Assembly (NCBI GenBank): GCA_038065555.1
Contig: JBBTQS010000002.1
Coordinates: 26,399 to 90,398, forward strand
DNA from: Patescibacteria group bacterium
GTDB lineage: Bacteria > Patescibacteriota > Patescibacteriia > Magasanikbacterales > JBBTQS01
Length of the DNA: 64,000 bases
Direction: 5' to 3'
Within the stretch, counting starts at the first letter, position 1, and the number at the start of each line of letters is the position of its first letter. Below the pieces are notes generated by a model. The model ran no database searches and was not told the origin of the DNA. It was given only the letters and a program-made list of their open reading frames with translations. Position numbers and translations under genes: made by a program. Shown piece after piece: positions 40,262 through 50,641 of this stretch.

Positions 40262-43200
40262 TGACTGTCGTGCGCAGGTTCGCCATTCTCGCTGTAGTTG
40301 TCACCGCGATGCTTTTGCCTCGCGGTGCTTCGGCGTCTACTGCAGCCTGCTGCATTGTGAAGAACAACTACACCAAGAACACCATGGGGTGTCTTGCGCG
40401 TCAGATTCCAGATTCAGAAATCAGCAAGGTGAAGGCGAATCCTGCGCAGTTCGCAGCTAGTTATTGCAACATCTCACTTCCGACAGTATCGCTCACTGCA
40501 ACACTCGCCATCGGTGCGTGTGACACGCAGCCCGCAGCAACCAAGTGCAGCGCGCCGCCAGACCAGAACAAACCATTTTTGGATTTCAAGAAGCAGTGGG
40601 AAGTGGGAGGATTTTGCGCGTACAAGGGGACTGGATCGACGTCATATGATGCGTGCAGTGAAGTGACCAACAATGTTTGTCCAGGTGGATTCAACTACGG
40701 AAATGGTGAGTTCTTTTCTGGTCCGAGAAATGGCGCATTTTGCCCAGCATCCAATCCTGCAGATTTCTCCGCAGCAATCGCAGCGGGTAATAACATCGTT
40801 CCGGGTAAGGAAGTTGTAGCGGATTCCATGGATGCCTGCGTGTATTACGTGGGAGACAAATATTCGGACGAAGCAGTTGTTACGTGTTCGGAACCAGAAG
40901 CAGTACAGGGAAAGAAAGTTTGCCCTATTGCGCCTACAGGCCAAGGGCTGCAGCCTTCGCCGCAGCATCCAACAGAGATCAAGGCGTGTCAGTTGTCGCA
41001 GCATTGCTGTGTGGTGTATGAGGATACGGATAACAGCGATTCCGTAGCAGCGGGTGAAGTGCGTCAGTGTAGTCCAGCAAATGTGAGCTGTAGTACGTTT
41101 GTGTATACCAAGGATGCTGCGGTGACAACCGCGAACACCAAGGATGCGGGCACGGCGTATGACAAGGTGCTCTATCGGACAGATTCTGTACAAAAGACAT
41201 GCGGAGAGGTTCCCGTGTGCTCAGGCAAAACGATTTCCACAGCGCAGGCTCTAGCGAATTTGATCAAGAATGCTGGCCAAACACCTGCAAGTGGTCTCAC
41301 TCCAGAACAAAAGGCAGAACTCGAGGCAGCGTCGAAAAATGGTCCAGTGTGGACACAAGCGTTGTGTGAAGTCGAGGCAAATAATGTGTGGTCTCCACCG
41401 AATCCATCGATCACTGTTGGGCCATATTGCTACACGAATCCAGACAAAGCAAAGACATCTTTGGCTATTCCTATTGCAGGACTCTCTGTTGCGTCGCTTG
41501 CGACCTACATTCCAAATTTGTTCAACTACGGACTTGGATTGCTTGCAACCATGACTGTTCTCGCAATTATTTTCGCAGGATTCCAGTGGGCAACTGCGGC
41601 AGGGAATGCTTCTGCGGTTGGAAACGCGAAGGAAATCATGATCAGCGCTTTTGCAGCGCTCTTTGTGGCGCTGGGAAGTTTCACATTGCTCCAGACGATT
41701 TCGCCAAGTCTCTTGGAATTCAAGTTACCGCCGATAGCCGCGATCCTGCCAATAGAATTTTACGGCAAGGGTGATGAATTCATGTGCTGCAACGAACGTG
41801 GTGTGTGTCTGCAAGTAGAAGCAACTGGCCCGAATACCTTTGTAGTGCTACGCGATGGAACAAAAATGGAAGTAGGAAAAAATGTAGATCAGGCCAAGTG
41901 CCTGCCATTCAGGGCAAATGGTGAATTCTGCCGACAGGACGGTCCAACAGGGGATGCATGTCGTAAGGTGGGTGGAACGTGCACGGTGGGGAGCGCTGAG
42001 GATCTGACGTCGATCACTTCTATTGCAGGGGATAAGGCAACACAAGGAATGTGCTCTATTTTCTTGGAGAGCTACGTTGGTGGTGCAGCAACGTCTGTAT
42101 TCACTCTCGCAAATAGCTACAGCTTTGGAATAACGGGGTGGCTGGGTGGCAAGGTTGGAAATGCTTTCAAGAGTGAAGAAGATTTGATCGCAGGGTCGAC
42201 CGATGTTGGACGCTGCTACAAAAATGTGGATCGGCGCGTTGCTGGGCAGTATTGTCGTGCCAACTCGGAATGTGCCTCTGGCACATGTGTACGATTGCCG
42301 GATTCCGATGGGTGTTATGTTGATCGCGAGATTGGTATTTGCAGTGATGGTAACAAGGGAGATGTCTGCGATCCACTTGGACACACGTTGGTTGGCGGTG
42401 TGAATACCTACGTGAACAAGAATATTTGTAGGAGTGGACTTTCATGCAATTTCGTTCGAAATACGACAGGCGGTCAGGTGTTTGCTGATCGCAATTTGAA
42501 AGTGGTTGGCAATTATTTTGAGTGCGGTGACGGTAGTATGAATTCTGCCTGTGGCAATGCGATTGCAGAGTGCAAAGACCCTGCGCAGCAGGGCAAGGGT
42601 GGTACATACCTCACAGATGATGTTTGTGAAACTTGGCCAGAAATGTTGAATGTCGCAAAGTGCAAATATGAAGGCAAACGCATTGTAGTAGAAGAAATGG
42701 TACAGAATGCAGGAATTCTCAACAGTACAGTCAATGTCGCGTGGGGTGCAGATTTGACTCTCGCAGTTGGGTCACTTGCAGGCGGTGGACTTGCAAAACT
42801 AAACAAGGCAGTAGGTGGCTATGCGACAGCAGTCGCAGCTGGATTGACGCTGGCAAATGGTGTCTCCCAGGCAGAGCTCTCGCGCAATATCGCGGAGATG
42901 CAGCGGTATGCATATGCTGTAGCGTTCACTGGACCTGATGTGAAGAACTGTTCATTGAGCAAAGGCACGCCCAATGACGCCAACTGTAAGAATGGAATGG
43001 TGTGTACACCAACAGGAGCACTCAAGGAATTGCGCTGTCAGATCAAGGATGGTGGTAAGAAGGAAGGTGATATCTGTTCATACATTGGTGCCATGTCGCA
43101 TGAGTTCAATGGTTTGACCAACTCAGTGTCCAACGGCGACAACTGTGACGAAAGTCTCGGGTTGCGCTGTTCAGTTGCTCGCATTGGCGAAGGCGAAGAG

Positions 43201-43896
43201 CGTGCGGGATTCTGTACGCGCGCAAGTTGGGGTAGTAAGTGCATACTCGCAGAAGGAAAGACATGGGATTACGAAGAAAAAGATTGTAGCGAAGTGTCCA
43301 AAACAGCGCCAAGTGATTTGGGCAAAGATAATGTTGCAGATCCATCGTCTCTAGGCGAGCTTCATCGTGCTTGTTACCGAGATCCATCGAGCACTAATCC
43401 AACTGTGGGCAAGTGTGGAGCGGTTCGCAATCTCTACGAAGAAGATATCGCAGGATTCAAAGTTTCACTCGACAAGATGATTCTGTTCAAGATTCCAGGC
43501 GGCACAGGTTCGCAAGCTCCGCAAATCGTCGAAGCGCCAAAGAAGACCATCGGCAGTCTCTGCTCACGTCGTCCGATGTACGAGGACAACAAGACTACAG
43601 ACGCGCTCGAGCTCGACTGCGCACCGGGTCTTGCGAGCACTGGGTTCGCCGAATGGGCAAAGGCAAAATCATACGCGGCCCAGACGCCATTTGGTATGGG
43701 GAGTGGAACAACATATTTTGCTGATAAATACGTGTTCAACCCTGTTTGCCATTTCGATACACCACAAACTACCATTGGTAAGTGCGCGATTCTCGTAGGC
43801 GGGCTCCAGAAGGATGCGGCAAAGGGCGGCTACCTCCGTACGCTGTACGCACCGTTCGATTCGTCGGCTCATAGCATCGTTGAATACATCAAATAA
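40258..43896 (+). CDS. Giant Cys-rich exported protein with a central TrbC/VirB2-like pilin segment
   Basis: Signal peptide; YIPNLFNYGLG..IIFAGFQWATAAGN..AKEIMISAFAALFVALGSFTLLQTISPSLL; dozens of Cys on both sides. Confidence 0.75.
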   Translation: MMTVVRRFAILAVVVTAMLLPRGASASTAACCIVKNNYTKNTMGCLARQIPDSEISKVKANPAQFAASYCNISLPTVSLTATLAIGACDTQPAATKCSAPPDQNKPFLDFKKQWEVGGFCAYKGTGSTSYDACSEVTNNVCPGGFNYGNGEFFSGPRNGAFCPASNPADFSAAIAAGNNIVPGKEVVADSMDACVYYVGDKYSDEAVVTCSEPEAVQGKKVCPIAPTGQGLQPSPQHPTEIKACQLSQHCCVVYEDTDNSDSVAAGEVRQCSPANVSCSTFVYTKDAAVTTANTKDAGTAYDKVLYRTDSVQKTCGEVPVCSGKTISTAQALANLIKNAGQTPASGLTPEQKAELEAASKNGPVWTQALCEVEANNVWSPPNPSITVGPYCYTNPDKAKTSLAIPIAGLSVASLATYIPNLFNYGLGLLATMTVLAIIFAGFQWATAAGNASAVGNAKEIMISAFAALFVALGSFTLLQTISPSLLEFKLPPIAAILPIEFYGKGDEFMCCNERGVCLQVEATGPNTFVVLRDGTKMEVGKNVDQAKCLPFRANGEFCRQDGPTGDACRKVGGTCTVGSAEDLTSITSIAGDKATQGMCSIFLESYVGGAATSVFTLANSYSFGITGWLGGKVGNAFKSEEDLIAGSTDVGRCYKNVDRRVAGQYCRANSECASGTCVRLPDSDGCYVDREIGICSDGNKGDVCDPLGHTLVGGVNTYVNKNICRSGLSCNFVRNTTGGQVFADRNLKVVGNYFECGDGSMNSACGNAIAECKDPAQQGKGGTYLTDDVCETWPEMLNVAKCKYEGKRIVVEEMVQNAGILNSTVNVAWGADLTLAVGSLAGGGLAKLNKAVGGYATAVAAGLTLANGVSQAELSRNIAEMQRYAYAVAFTGPDVKNCSLSKGTPNDANCKNGMVCTPTGALKELRCQIKDGGKKEGDICSYIGAMSHEFNGLTNSVSNGDNCDESLGLRCSVARIGEGEERAGFCTRASWGSKCILAEGKTWDYEEKDCSEVSKTAPSDLGKDNVADPSSLGELHRACYRDPSSTNPTVGKCGAVRNLYEEDIAGFKVSLDKMILFKIPGGTGSQAPQIVEAPKKTIGSLCSRRPMYEDNKTTDALELDCAPGLASTGFAEWAKAKSYAAQTPFGMGSGTTYFADKYVFNPVCHFDTPQTTIGKCAILVGGLQKDAAKGGYLRTLYAPFDSSAHSIVEYIK

Positions 43897-43902
43897 CTTT
43901 CG

Positions 43903-43931
43903 TTGACAGGGTCTGGACTTCGTGGTACGCT
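43903..43931 (+). promoter_or_regulatory. uvrA promoter
   Basis: TTGACA-17-TACGCT with TG extension. Confidence 0.65.
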
Positions 43932-43960
43932 GTACACCGTTTCATAATTGAACTTGGCGT

Positions 43961-46819
43961 ATGGCTCAACCGAAGAAAGATGTGCTGTCGATTCGTGGTG
44001 CTCGTGTCCATAATCTCAAGAACATCTCGGTAGAGATTCCCAAGAATAGCCTGGTGGTAATCACGGGTCTCTCAGGCTCGGGCAAGTCATCGCTCGCGTT
44101 TGATACCATCTATGCAGAGGGTCAGCGCCGCTACGCAGAGTCACTCTCGGCCTATGCGCGCCAGTTCATGGATCTCCAGGACAAGCCAGACGTAGACGAG
44201 ATCCGTGGCCTCTCTCCAACCATTGCCATTGACCAAAAATCCACAGCGCGAAATCCGCGTTCCACTGTAGGAACGGTAACCGAAGTGTATGACCACTTGC
44301 GGTTGCTTTTTGCACGCATCGGTCGCCAGTTTTGCCCAGATTGTAATATTGAAGTCACGCGCTACAGCACTGGTTCCATGGTAGAAGCGATCCGCAAAAT
44401 GGGACGCTCAGGTCACGAGTTGCTCGTGCTCGCGCCAGTGCTTGTTGATGTCACAATTGATAAGAAAACATTACTCTCGCATGTCGAGGGTTCTGGCTAC
44501 GAGTATCTGCGATTCGATGGCGTACTCATGCAGAAGAGCGAATTGGATGCCATTGAGATCATGTCCAAGGTTCCACATACACTCGATGTAGTTGTAGGAC
44601 GTGTTTCGGATGTGAAGAAGGCAAATATTGCTTCGTTTGTTGATGCGGCGTTGCGATTGGGCAATGGCCACGTGCTCGTGTACGACACAGACGAGGACGA
44701 AGACACGTCATTCTCCGAACAGTTCGTGTGCAAGAAGTGTAATCGCGAAATGGCAGAGATTGAGGCGCGCACCTTCTCGTTCAACAGTCCTCATGGCGCG
44801 TGCCCACGGTGTACTGGACTTGGTGTTGTGCTCGACGTAGACAAGGACCTCGTGATCCCGAACCAAAAGCTCACACTTGCCGAAGGTGCGATCCAGCCAT
44901 GGACACGCATCACCGGCAACCAAGCGCAGTACCAAAAGGTGCTCGCAGCAGTAGCGGCAGCGCATGGATTCTCCATGGACAAACCTGTGAAGGATTTGTC
45001 GAAAAAAGTGTTGGATATTTTGTTCTTCGGAACGGACGGCCAGGAATACGATGTAGATGGCAAGAAAGTGCAGTACGAAGGTATTGTGCCCAATCTCACG
45101 TTGCGCCACGCAGACACAACGAGCGAGTACATCCGCAAAGAGATCGAAGCGTACATGCGCGAAAGCACGTGTCCGATTTGCGCTGGCAAGCGTTTGCGCA
45201 AAGAAGCGCTCGCGGTGCGCATCGGTGGCAAGAATATTGCTGATGTAGTAGAGATGAGCATCGATGAATCCGCTGTGTTCTTCGACACCATGAAGAAAGG
45301 CAAGGTCGGGGACACAGAACTTGATGATCGCGAACTCAAGATCTCTGGCCCAGTAACGCGCGAGATTCTCTTGCGTATCGCTGACCTCAATCGCGTTGGT
45401 CTCGAGTACCTTACGCTCGATCGCTCTATGGCCACGCTCTCAGGCGGTGAGGCGCAGCGCGTACGTCTCTCCACACAGCTCTCCACAGGCCTCACAGGCG
45501 TTATTTATATCCTGGACGAGCCATCTATCGGCTTGCACCCTCGCGACAACGAGAAACTCATTGAGACGCTCAAGGCGCTTCGCGACCTGGGCAACTCCGT
45601 GATTGTCGTAGAACACGACGAAGCCATGATGGAACAAGCAGATTATCTCATGGACATCGGACCAGGCGCTGGCGTGTATGGCGGCGAACTCATGGCAGCT
45701 GGAACTGTCGCTATGGTGAAGAAGTCGGCGAAGTCGCTCACGGCCAAGTATCTCACTGGCAAGCTCTCCATCACCGCACCCAAGAAACCAAGCGAAGGCA
45801 ATGGCAAGTACATCACGGTTCTTGGTGCGCGCGCATTCAACCTCAAGAACATTGATGTGAAGATCCCGCTTGGCCGCCTCGTGTGTGTCACGGGTGTTTC
45901 TGGCTCTGGTAAATCATCGCTTGTCATCGATATTCTTTCGAAGGCACTCTCCGCTGAGTACCATGGCAGCAAGGCAATGCCAGGCGAGTACAAGGACATT
46001 AAGGGCATTGAGAACGTAGACAAGGTTATTGCCATCGACCAGACACCAATTGGCCGAACACCTCGCAGCAACCCCGCGACGTATACTGGCGTGTTCACGC
46101 TCATTCGCGATCTCTTCACTGAAGTACCAGAGGCGCAGTTGCGTGGCTATGATGCTGGCAAGTTCTCATTCAATGTGAAAGGCGGCGGTCGCTGCGAAGC
46201 ATGTTCTGGTGACGGCTCGGTTCGCATTCCAATGCAATTCCTCTCTGACGTATTCGTAGAATGCGCAGAATGTGGCGGCAAGCGCTACAACCAGGAAGCA
46301 CTCGAGATCCACTACAAAGGTAAGACCATTGCCGACGTGCTCGGTATGACTGTGGAAGAGTCTGCACGCTTCTTCAGCGACATTCCAGCCATCGCTGACA
46401 AGATGCAGATCCTGCGCGATGTGGGCCTCGGCTACGTGTCTCTTGGCCAATCTGCAACCACGCTCTCAGGCGGTGAAGCGCAGCGCATCAAGCTCGCAAC
46501 CGAACTCTCTCGCCGCGCGACAGGCAAGACACTCTACATTCTTGACGAGCCTACAACCGGTCTCCACTTCGCAGACATTGAGCAATTGCTCGGCGTGTTG
46601 CGCCAGCTCGTAGACAAGGGCAACTCTGTCCTCGTGATCGAGCACAACTCCGATGTGATCCGCTGCGCAGACTGGATCATCGACATGGGACCAGAAGGCG
46701 GCAAACGTGGTGGTGAAGTTGTTGCCGAAGGTACGCCAGCTGACATCATGAAGAACAAGAAGAGTATGACTGGCTTGTATCTCAAGAGTTACAAGGAGTC
46801 ACGCGCCAAAGCAGCGTAA
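43961..46819 (+). CDS. uvrA: Excinuclease ABC subunit A
   Basis: GARVHNLKN, two Walker A motifs, LSGGEAQR twice, Zn fingers. Confidence 0.98.
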   Translation: MAQPKKDVLSIRGARVHNLKNISVEIPKNSLVVITGLSGSGKSSLAFDTIYAEGQRRYAESLSAYARQFMDLQDKPDVDEIRGLSPTIAIDQKSTARNPRSTVGTVTEVYDHLRLLFARIGRQFCPDCNIEVTRYSTGSMVEAIRKMGRSGHELLVLAPVLVDVTIDKKTLLSHVEGSGYEYLRFDGVLMQKSELDAIEIMSKVPHTLDVVVGRVSDVKKANIASFVDAALRLGNGHVLVYDTDEDEDTSFSEQFVCKKCNREMAEIEARTFSFNSPHGACPRCTGLGVVLDVDKDLVIPNQKLTLAEGAIQPWTRITGNQAQYQKVLAAVAAAHGFSMDKPVKDLSKKVLDILFFGTDGQEYDVDGKKVQYEGIVPNLTLRHADTTSEYIRKEIEAYMRESTCPICAGKRLRKEALAVRIGGKNIADVVEMSIDESAVFFDTMKKGKVGDTELDDRELKISGPVTREILLRIADLNRVGLEYLTLDRSMATLSGGEAQRVRLSTQLSTGLTGVIYILDEPSIGLHPRDNEKLIETLKALRDLGNSVIVVEHDEAMMEQADYLMDIGPGAGVYGGELMAAGTVAMVKKSAKSLTAKYLTGKLSITAPKKPSEGNGKYITVLGARAFNLKNIDVKIPLGRLVCVTGVSGSGKSSLVIDILSKALSAEYHGSKAMPGEYKDIKGIENVDKVIAIDQTPIGRTPRSNPATYTGVFTLIRDLFTEVPEAQLRGYDAGKFSFNVKGGGRCEACSGDGSVRIPMQFLSDVFVECAECGGKRYNQEALEIHYKGKTIADVLGMTVEESARFFSDIPAIADKMQILRDVGLGYVSLGQSATTLSGGEAQRIKLATELSRRATGKTLYILDEPTTGLHFADIEQLLGVLRQLVDKGNSVLVIEHNSDVIRCADWIIDMGPEGGKRGGEVVAEGTPADIMKNKKSMTGLYLKSYKESRAKAA

Positions 46820-46834
46820 GCGAGGTGCTTGCGC

Positions 46835-46870
46835 AAAACAAAACACCGGCGGCCGCCGGTGTTTTGTTTT
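46835..46870. terminator. Bidirectional terminator (perfect 36-bp palindrome)
   Basis: AAAACAAAACACCGGCGG/CCGCCGGTGTTTTGTTTT between convergent uvrA and rplS. Confidence 0.8.
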
Positions 46871-46883
46871 TGTGATCACGTTT

Positions 46884-47264
46884 TTATTTCGTCGCAGCCG
46901 CTTTCTTTTCGCTTGGCGCCTTGATCTCTTTCATTTTCTTTTTAAATTTCGGATCGCGGACGTAAGCAATCTTTGCGCGGCGGACTTTGTACTGAGCGAC
47001 CAACTCGATTTCTGCGATAACTGGCGAGTGGATCGGGAGGATCTTCTCAACGCCTACACCTTCGGATACCTTGCGGACCGTAATGGTCGCACCTGGCTCA
47101 GAACCGTGCTTGCGGGCGATCACGAGGCCTTCGAAGACCTGGATACGCTCCTTCTCTTCACCTTTCTTATTCACGTCCTTAATGCGCAACGAAACACGGA
47201 CCTTGGAACCGGTCACGATGTGGTCGTATTTGCTAGGAGTTGCAGCGAGTACTGGGCTTGGCAT
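46884..47264 (-). CDS. rplS: 50S ribosomal protein L19
   Basis: ERIQVFEGLVI, TVRKVSEGVGVEKI, VRRAKIAYVR. Confidence 0.96.
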   Translation of the reverse strand: MPSPVLAATPSKYDHIVTGSKVRVSLRIKDVNKKGEEKERIQVFEGLVIARKHGSEPGATITVRKVSEGVGVEKILPIHSPVIAEIELVAQYKVRRAKIAYVRDPKFKKKMKEIKAPSEKKAAATK

Positions 47265-47299
47265 ACGAGTTTTCTGATACGAGGCCTAGTGTACGGCCG

Positions 47300-47857
47300 T
47301 TAGGATTTTTTGTCAAGAAAGGCCAAAATTGCCTGGAACGTCTCCTCTGGAGTGATGGTCGATGTGTCGAGCCAGAGGTCATAGTTGGCGGGTTCGAGGT
47401 GGTTGAGACCGTTGTAATATTTGGCGTAGCGGGCTACATCTGAGGCGTCTCGGGCCTCGATATTGGTGCGCAGTTCCTCCGGTGTCTTGAATTTGCCTTC
47501 ATTTCGAGTCTCGGGATTGGCTTGGAGATCCTTCCAGATGCGCGCAACTGATGCGTCGCGGCTGCAATCAAGGAAAATCTTCACAGAATGCGGGATGAAA
47601 TGGAATCCCAGTCGGCCCTGAATAATGAAATTATCCTTGGTTTCGCCCAGTTCGCACTGGAAATTGTCAACATCTGTATCTGTGGATGGGTCAGTCTCGC
47701 CGAGCTTGTTGTATTCGGCCAGCGTGAGGCCACGGCGGCGGGCGATTTCGCGGCGCATGATGCCGATGTCGTAGGTCTCGTATCCGAAATGCTCTGCGAG
47801 CATCGTTCCAACAGTGGTTTTGCCAGATCCTGGGCGGCCGGAGAGGGTGATAATCAT
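47300..47857 (-). CDS. cmk: Cytidylate kinase (archaeal-type family)
   Basis: ITLSGRPGSGKTT, IQGRLG, RDASDVARYAKYY, YDLWLDTS. Confidence 0.8.
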   Translation of the reverse strand: MIITLSGRPGSGKTTVGTMLAEHFGYETYDIGIMRREIARRRGLTLAEYNKLGETDPSTDTDVDNFQCELGETKDNFIIQGRLGFHFIPHSVKIFLDCSRDASVARIWKDLQANPETRNEGKFKTPEELRTNIEARDASDVARYAKYYNGLNHLEPANYDLWLDTSTITPEETFQAILAFLDKKS

Positions 47858-48828
47858 ACAAGTTTTGCCAAAGCTGCTTCGAGGACCTCTGGCAACGGGC
47901 TCGTGTACTTCACTGTTGCGCCTGTGGCATCTGTGAAGGAGAGTTCTGTTGCGTGGAGGAAAATGCGGGGGAGGGTGCGGTCCATGGTGTCCTGCTCGTA
48001 CGAAGGGAGCTGGTAGATTGGATCTGCAACAATAGGCATGCCCAGGGCGTAGAGGTGGACGCGGATTTGGTGCGTACGACCGGTCTTCGGTTCAACGTGG
48101 AGCAAGGTTTTCTTCTGGAAACGGCGGGTCACGCAGTAATAGGTGTGCGCAGGGCGTCCAGCTTGGTTGAGTGGGCGTGCAGCCATGGCAGCGCGGGTCT
48201 GTGAGCGTGCGATCGGGAAGTTGATGTCGCCATCTTCTGCAGCAGGTGCGCTGTGCACGAGGGCTGTATACACTTTGTGTACTTCGCGGTTTTTGAACTG
48301 GGCCTTGAGTGCGTCAAACATCTTTTGTGTGCGCGCCACAACCATCACACCGGAGACGTCGCGGTCGAGGCGGTGCACAATACCAGGGCGGTCTGCGACG
48401 CCCACTTTCGCAATCTCGGGATAGCGCGCAACAGCCCAATCCGAAAGCGTGATGCTCTTGGAGTGCTCGGTGCGATGCACAAGCATGCCAGAAGGCTTTT
48501 GTACGATGATGTACTCGTCTGTCTCGGCGAGGATCACAGGCTCTTCTGTCTGAGGCTTGGCTGCAGTGCGGTGTGTGCGACGTGCGCGGGTTGGGCGCTT
48601 CGCAGGCTCTGTTGGTGCCGGTGGTGTTGCGTCAGCGTCAATGGAGACTTCGTCCTGTGGGCGAAGCGCGTAATGCTTGGTCTTTGCTGTGTTGTTGACG
48701 GTTACAGCTCCTGCCTCGATGAGTTGCTGCACTTTCGAGCGCGACAACTCAGCCATGCGGGTTGCGAGGTAGAGATCGAGGCGCGTGCCAGCGTCGCCTT
48801 CTTCAACTGTGAATATCTTTTTTGACAT
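47854..48828 (-). CDS. rluD: RluA/RluD-family pseudouridine synthase with S4 domain
   Basis: RLDLYL..SRS, KPSGMLVH, GIVHRLDRDVSG, TGRTHQIRVH, LHA. Confidence 0.88.
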   Translation of the reverse strand: MSKKIFTVEEGDAGTRLDLYLATRMAELSRSKVQQLIEAGAVTVNNTAKTKHYALRPQDEVSIDADATPPAPTEPAKRPTRARRTHRTAAKPQTEEPVILAETDEYIIVQKPSGMLVHRTEHSKSITLSDWAVARYPEIAKVGVADRPGIVHRLDRDVSGVMVVARTQKMFDALKAQFKNREVHKVYTALVHSAPAAEDGDINFPIARSQTRAAMAARPLNQAGRPAHTYYCVTRRFQKKTLLHVEPKTGRTHQIRVHLYALGMPIVADPIYQLPSYEQDTMDRTLPRIFLHATELSFTDATGATVKYTSPLPEVLEAALAKLV

Positions 48829-49153
48829 GGTGTGTAGTGCTAGTACAATGCGTAATTGTAGTGCGTAACGCACAGGAGGGGGCCCCTTGCGGCCTGCTCA
48901 ACTGTGTTCCTCAGACGTCGACCCTCCCGACGTCCTCTTTTTTTAGAGTGATTGTAGTATGAGGGAGCGGGGGGAAAGTTGCAACCTTGGGGGTATCAAA
49001 CGTACGAAATTCTCCTGGGAATTGATTGTTTAATTGTCCACAGATAGTGTTGTTGACAGCGCAGATCGATCCATTGTCTACTGTTGTGTGGCAGCGTTCG
49101 GAATGTTGAGTAGGTGCTCAGCAGGATGTCCGCTTCAACACGAGGAGAGTGCG

Positions 49154-49276
49154 ATGATCTGCAACGGCAAGGGCGGCGGCTCTGGTGGTCACGGCGGCGG
49201 CAACGGCGGCTCTGGCGGCCAGAGTGGCGGCAAGGGTGGCTCGACCGGCGGGACGACCGGAACGCGCGGCAAGTAA
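49154..49276 (+). CDS. 40-aa glycine-rich peptide
   Basis: SD GAGGAG, MICNGKGGGSGGHGGGNGGSGGQSGGKGGSTGGTTGTRGK*, uniform GGC codons, terminator after the stop. Confidence 0.6.
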   Translation: MICNGKGGGSGGHGGGNGGSGGQSGGKGGSTGGTTGTRGK

Positions 49277-49305
49277 CCAGAACCCGAGGTTCGGGTGATG
49301 GTGCT

Positions 49306-49345
49306 ACGGGGGTGTGCTGTAACGGTGCGCCCCCGTTTCATTTTT
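49306..49345 (+). terminator. Intrinsic terminator
   Basis: ACGGGGGTGTGCTGT-a-ACGGTGCGCCCCCGT then TTCATTTTT. Confidence 0.65.
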
Positions 49346-49351
49346 GTAATT

Positions 49352-50578
49352 ATGACATCAGCAAAAATCATTTTTGATGCAAAAAGGAATTTGTTAGTGT
49401 GTGTTGATCCACGCGTTTCACTCGCATCGGTTTCGATTTGGTTTCGAGCTGGATCTCGATTTGACGCGGTAGGGAAGGAAGGTGTGGCACATCTTTTTGA
49501 GCATGTGTTGTTGCGTGGAGATGATGTGAATGGTGCAGATGCCTCATTGCGGGAACAAGAATCGCGTGGCGTTGTCGGTGGGGCGTATACGAATTACGAA
49601 ACGTCATATGTCTTCGGTATTGGCGCGCCAAATGACGCAGGCATCATGCTGCGTGAGTTATTGCGTGCTGTACAAACTGTTGCAGTCACCCCAGCAGCAC
49701 TGCGCAAAGAGAAACAGGTGGTTGTTGCAGAAATGAATGAGGCACAACAGGATGCAATGCAGATGGTCCGTGTTCTCTCTAATCAGGCAGTGTGGCCCAA
49801 CAGCGTACTTGGAAGAAATCTGTATGGCACGCCAACTTCACTTCAAAAGGTGCGAGTAGGTGATTTGTCATCGTTTTGGCGCGATCAATATCAATCACCA
49901 ATGATTGTGTGTGTTGTTCCTGATGAGGGGTTGGCTCAGCAGGTGCAGAAGCTTGTCAAAGGAGCCAAGCCCGCGCCAGCAAACCCAACAACAGAACTCA
50001 ACACCGTACTTCCTGAAATTGTACGAGAACGCGATGGGGACAGTACCGCAGTCTGTGTTGCGTATCGAATTGCGCCGCAAGGAGATTGGAAATCACATGC
50101 AGTGGCTGCTGTTGTGCGTGATTATCTAGCGAACTTTTGGTCATCGCGGTTGAATCAGGAACTACGGAGCAACAAGTCGCATGCGTATTGGGTGCGTGGT
50201 GAGACAACACATCTTTCTGATACGGGTGTATTGCGGATTTTGTTTGAAGTCGACACTTCATTAGTGGAACAATGTCGAAAGACTATTTCTCGAGAAATTG
50301 CATTACTGCGTTTGGGTACATGTGACGCAGTGTTATTGCGCACGTGCAAAAAAATGATACGTCTCACCCAGCAGCGCGCGTGGAGTGATCCAGAGGAATT
50401 GATGTGGTGGTATGGATGGCCGACGTCCCTTGGTATAGAGCCGATGACAACAGATGCTTGGTTGGAGATTCTTCAGTCGGTGACCGCTCGTGATGTTACA
50501 CGTTTTGCACAGACGTGGTTACAGGAAGAGCACTGCTCAGTGGCGCTATATGGTGCAGTTGGAAAAATGAAAAAATAA
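49352..50578 (+). CDS. M16 (pitrilysin-like) zinc peptidase
   Basis: GSRFD..EGVAHLFEH inverted zincin, AYTNYETS, SSRLNQELR..AY. Confidence 0.85.
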   Translation: MTSAKIIFDAKRNLLVCVDPRVSLASVSIWFRAGSRFDAVGKEGVAHLFEHVLLRGDDVNGADASLREQESRGVVGGAYTNYETSYVFGIGAPNDAGIMLRELLRAVQTVAVTPAALRKEKQVVVAEMNEAQQDAMQMVRVLSNQAVWPNSVLGRNLYGTPTSLQKVRVGDLSSFWRDQYQSPMIVCVVPDEGLAQQVQKLVKGAKPAPANPTTELNTVLPEIVRERDGDSTAVCVAYRIAPQGDWKSHAVAAVVRDYLANFWSSRLNQELRSNKSHAYWVRGETTHLSDTGVLRILFEVDTSLVEQCRKTISREIALLRLGTCDAVLLRTCKKMIRLTQQRAWSDPEELMWWYGWPTSLGIEPMTTDAWLEILQSVTARDVTRFAQTWLQEEHCSVALYGAVGKMKK

Positions 50579-50603
50579 AGAAGTCTTCTTGCTAGTAAAA
50601 GAA

Positions 50604-50637
50604 CAACACCCCCGGCGTGGTCGCGCAGGGGGTGTTG
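50604..50637. terminator. Terminator between convergent genes
   Basis: CAACACCCCC/GGGGGTGTTG stem. Confidence 0.6.
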
Positions 50638-50641
50638 GTTG

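Noticed and set aside
43932-43943. LexA box GTAC-N4-TTTC after the uvrA -10
   Set aside because: Two mismatches to GAAC-N4-GTTC and no second instance noticed
48870-48910. SRP RNA (CAGG-CC-GCAA-GG)
   Set aside because: The AGCA strand of the conserved internal loop is missing and the stem is too short
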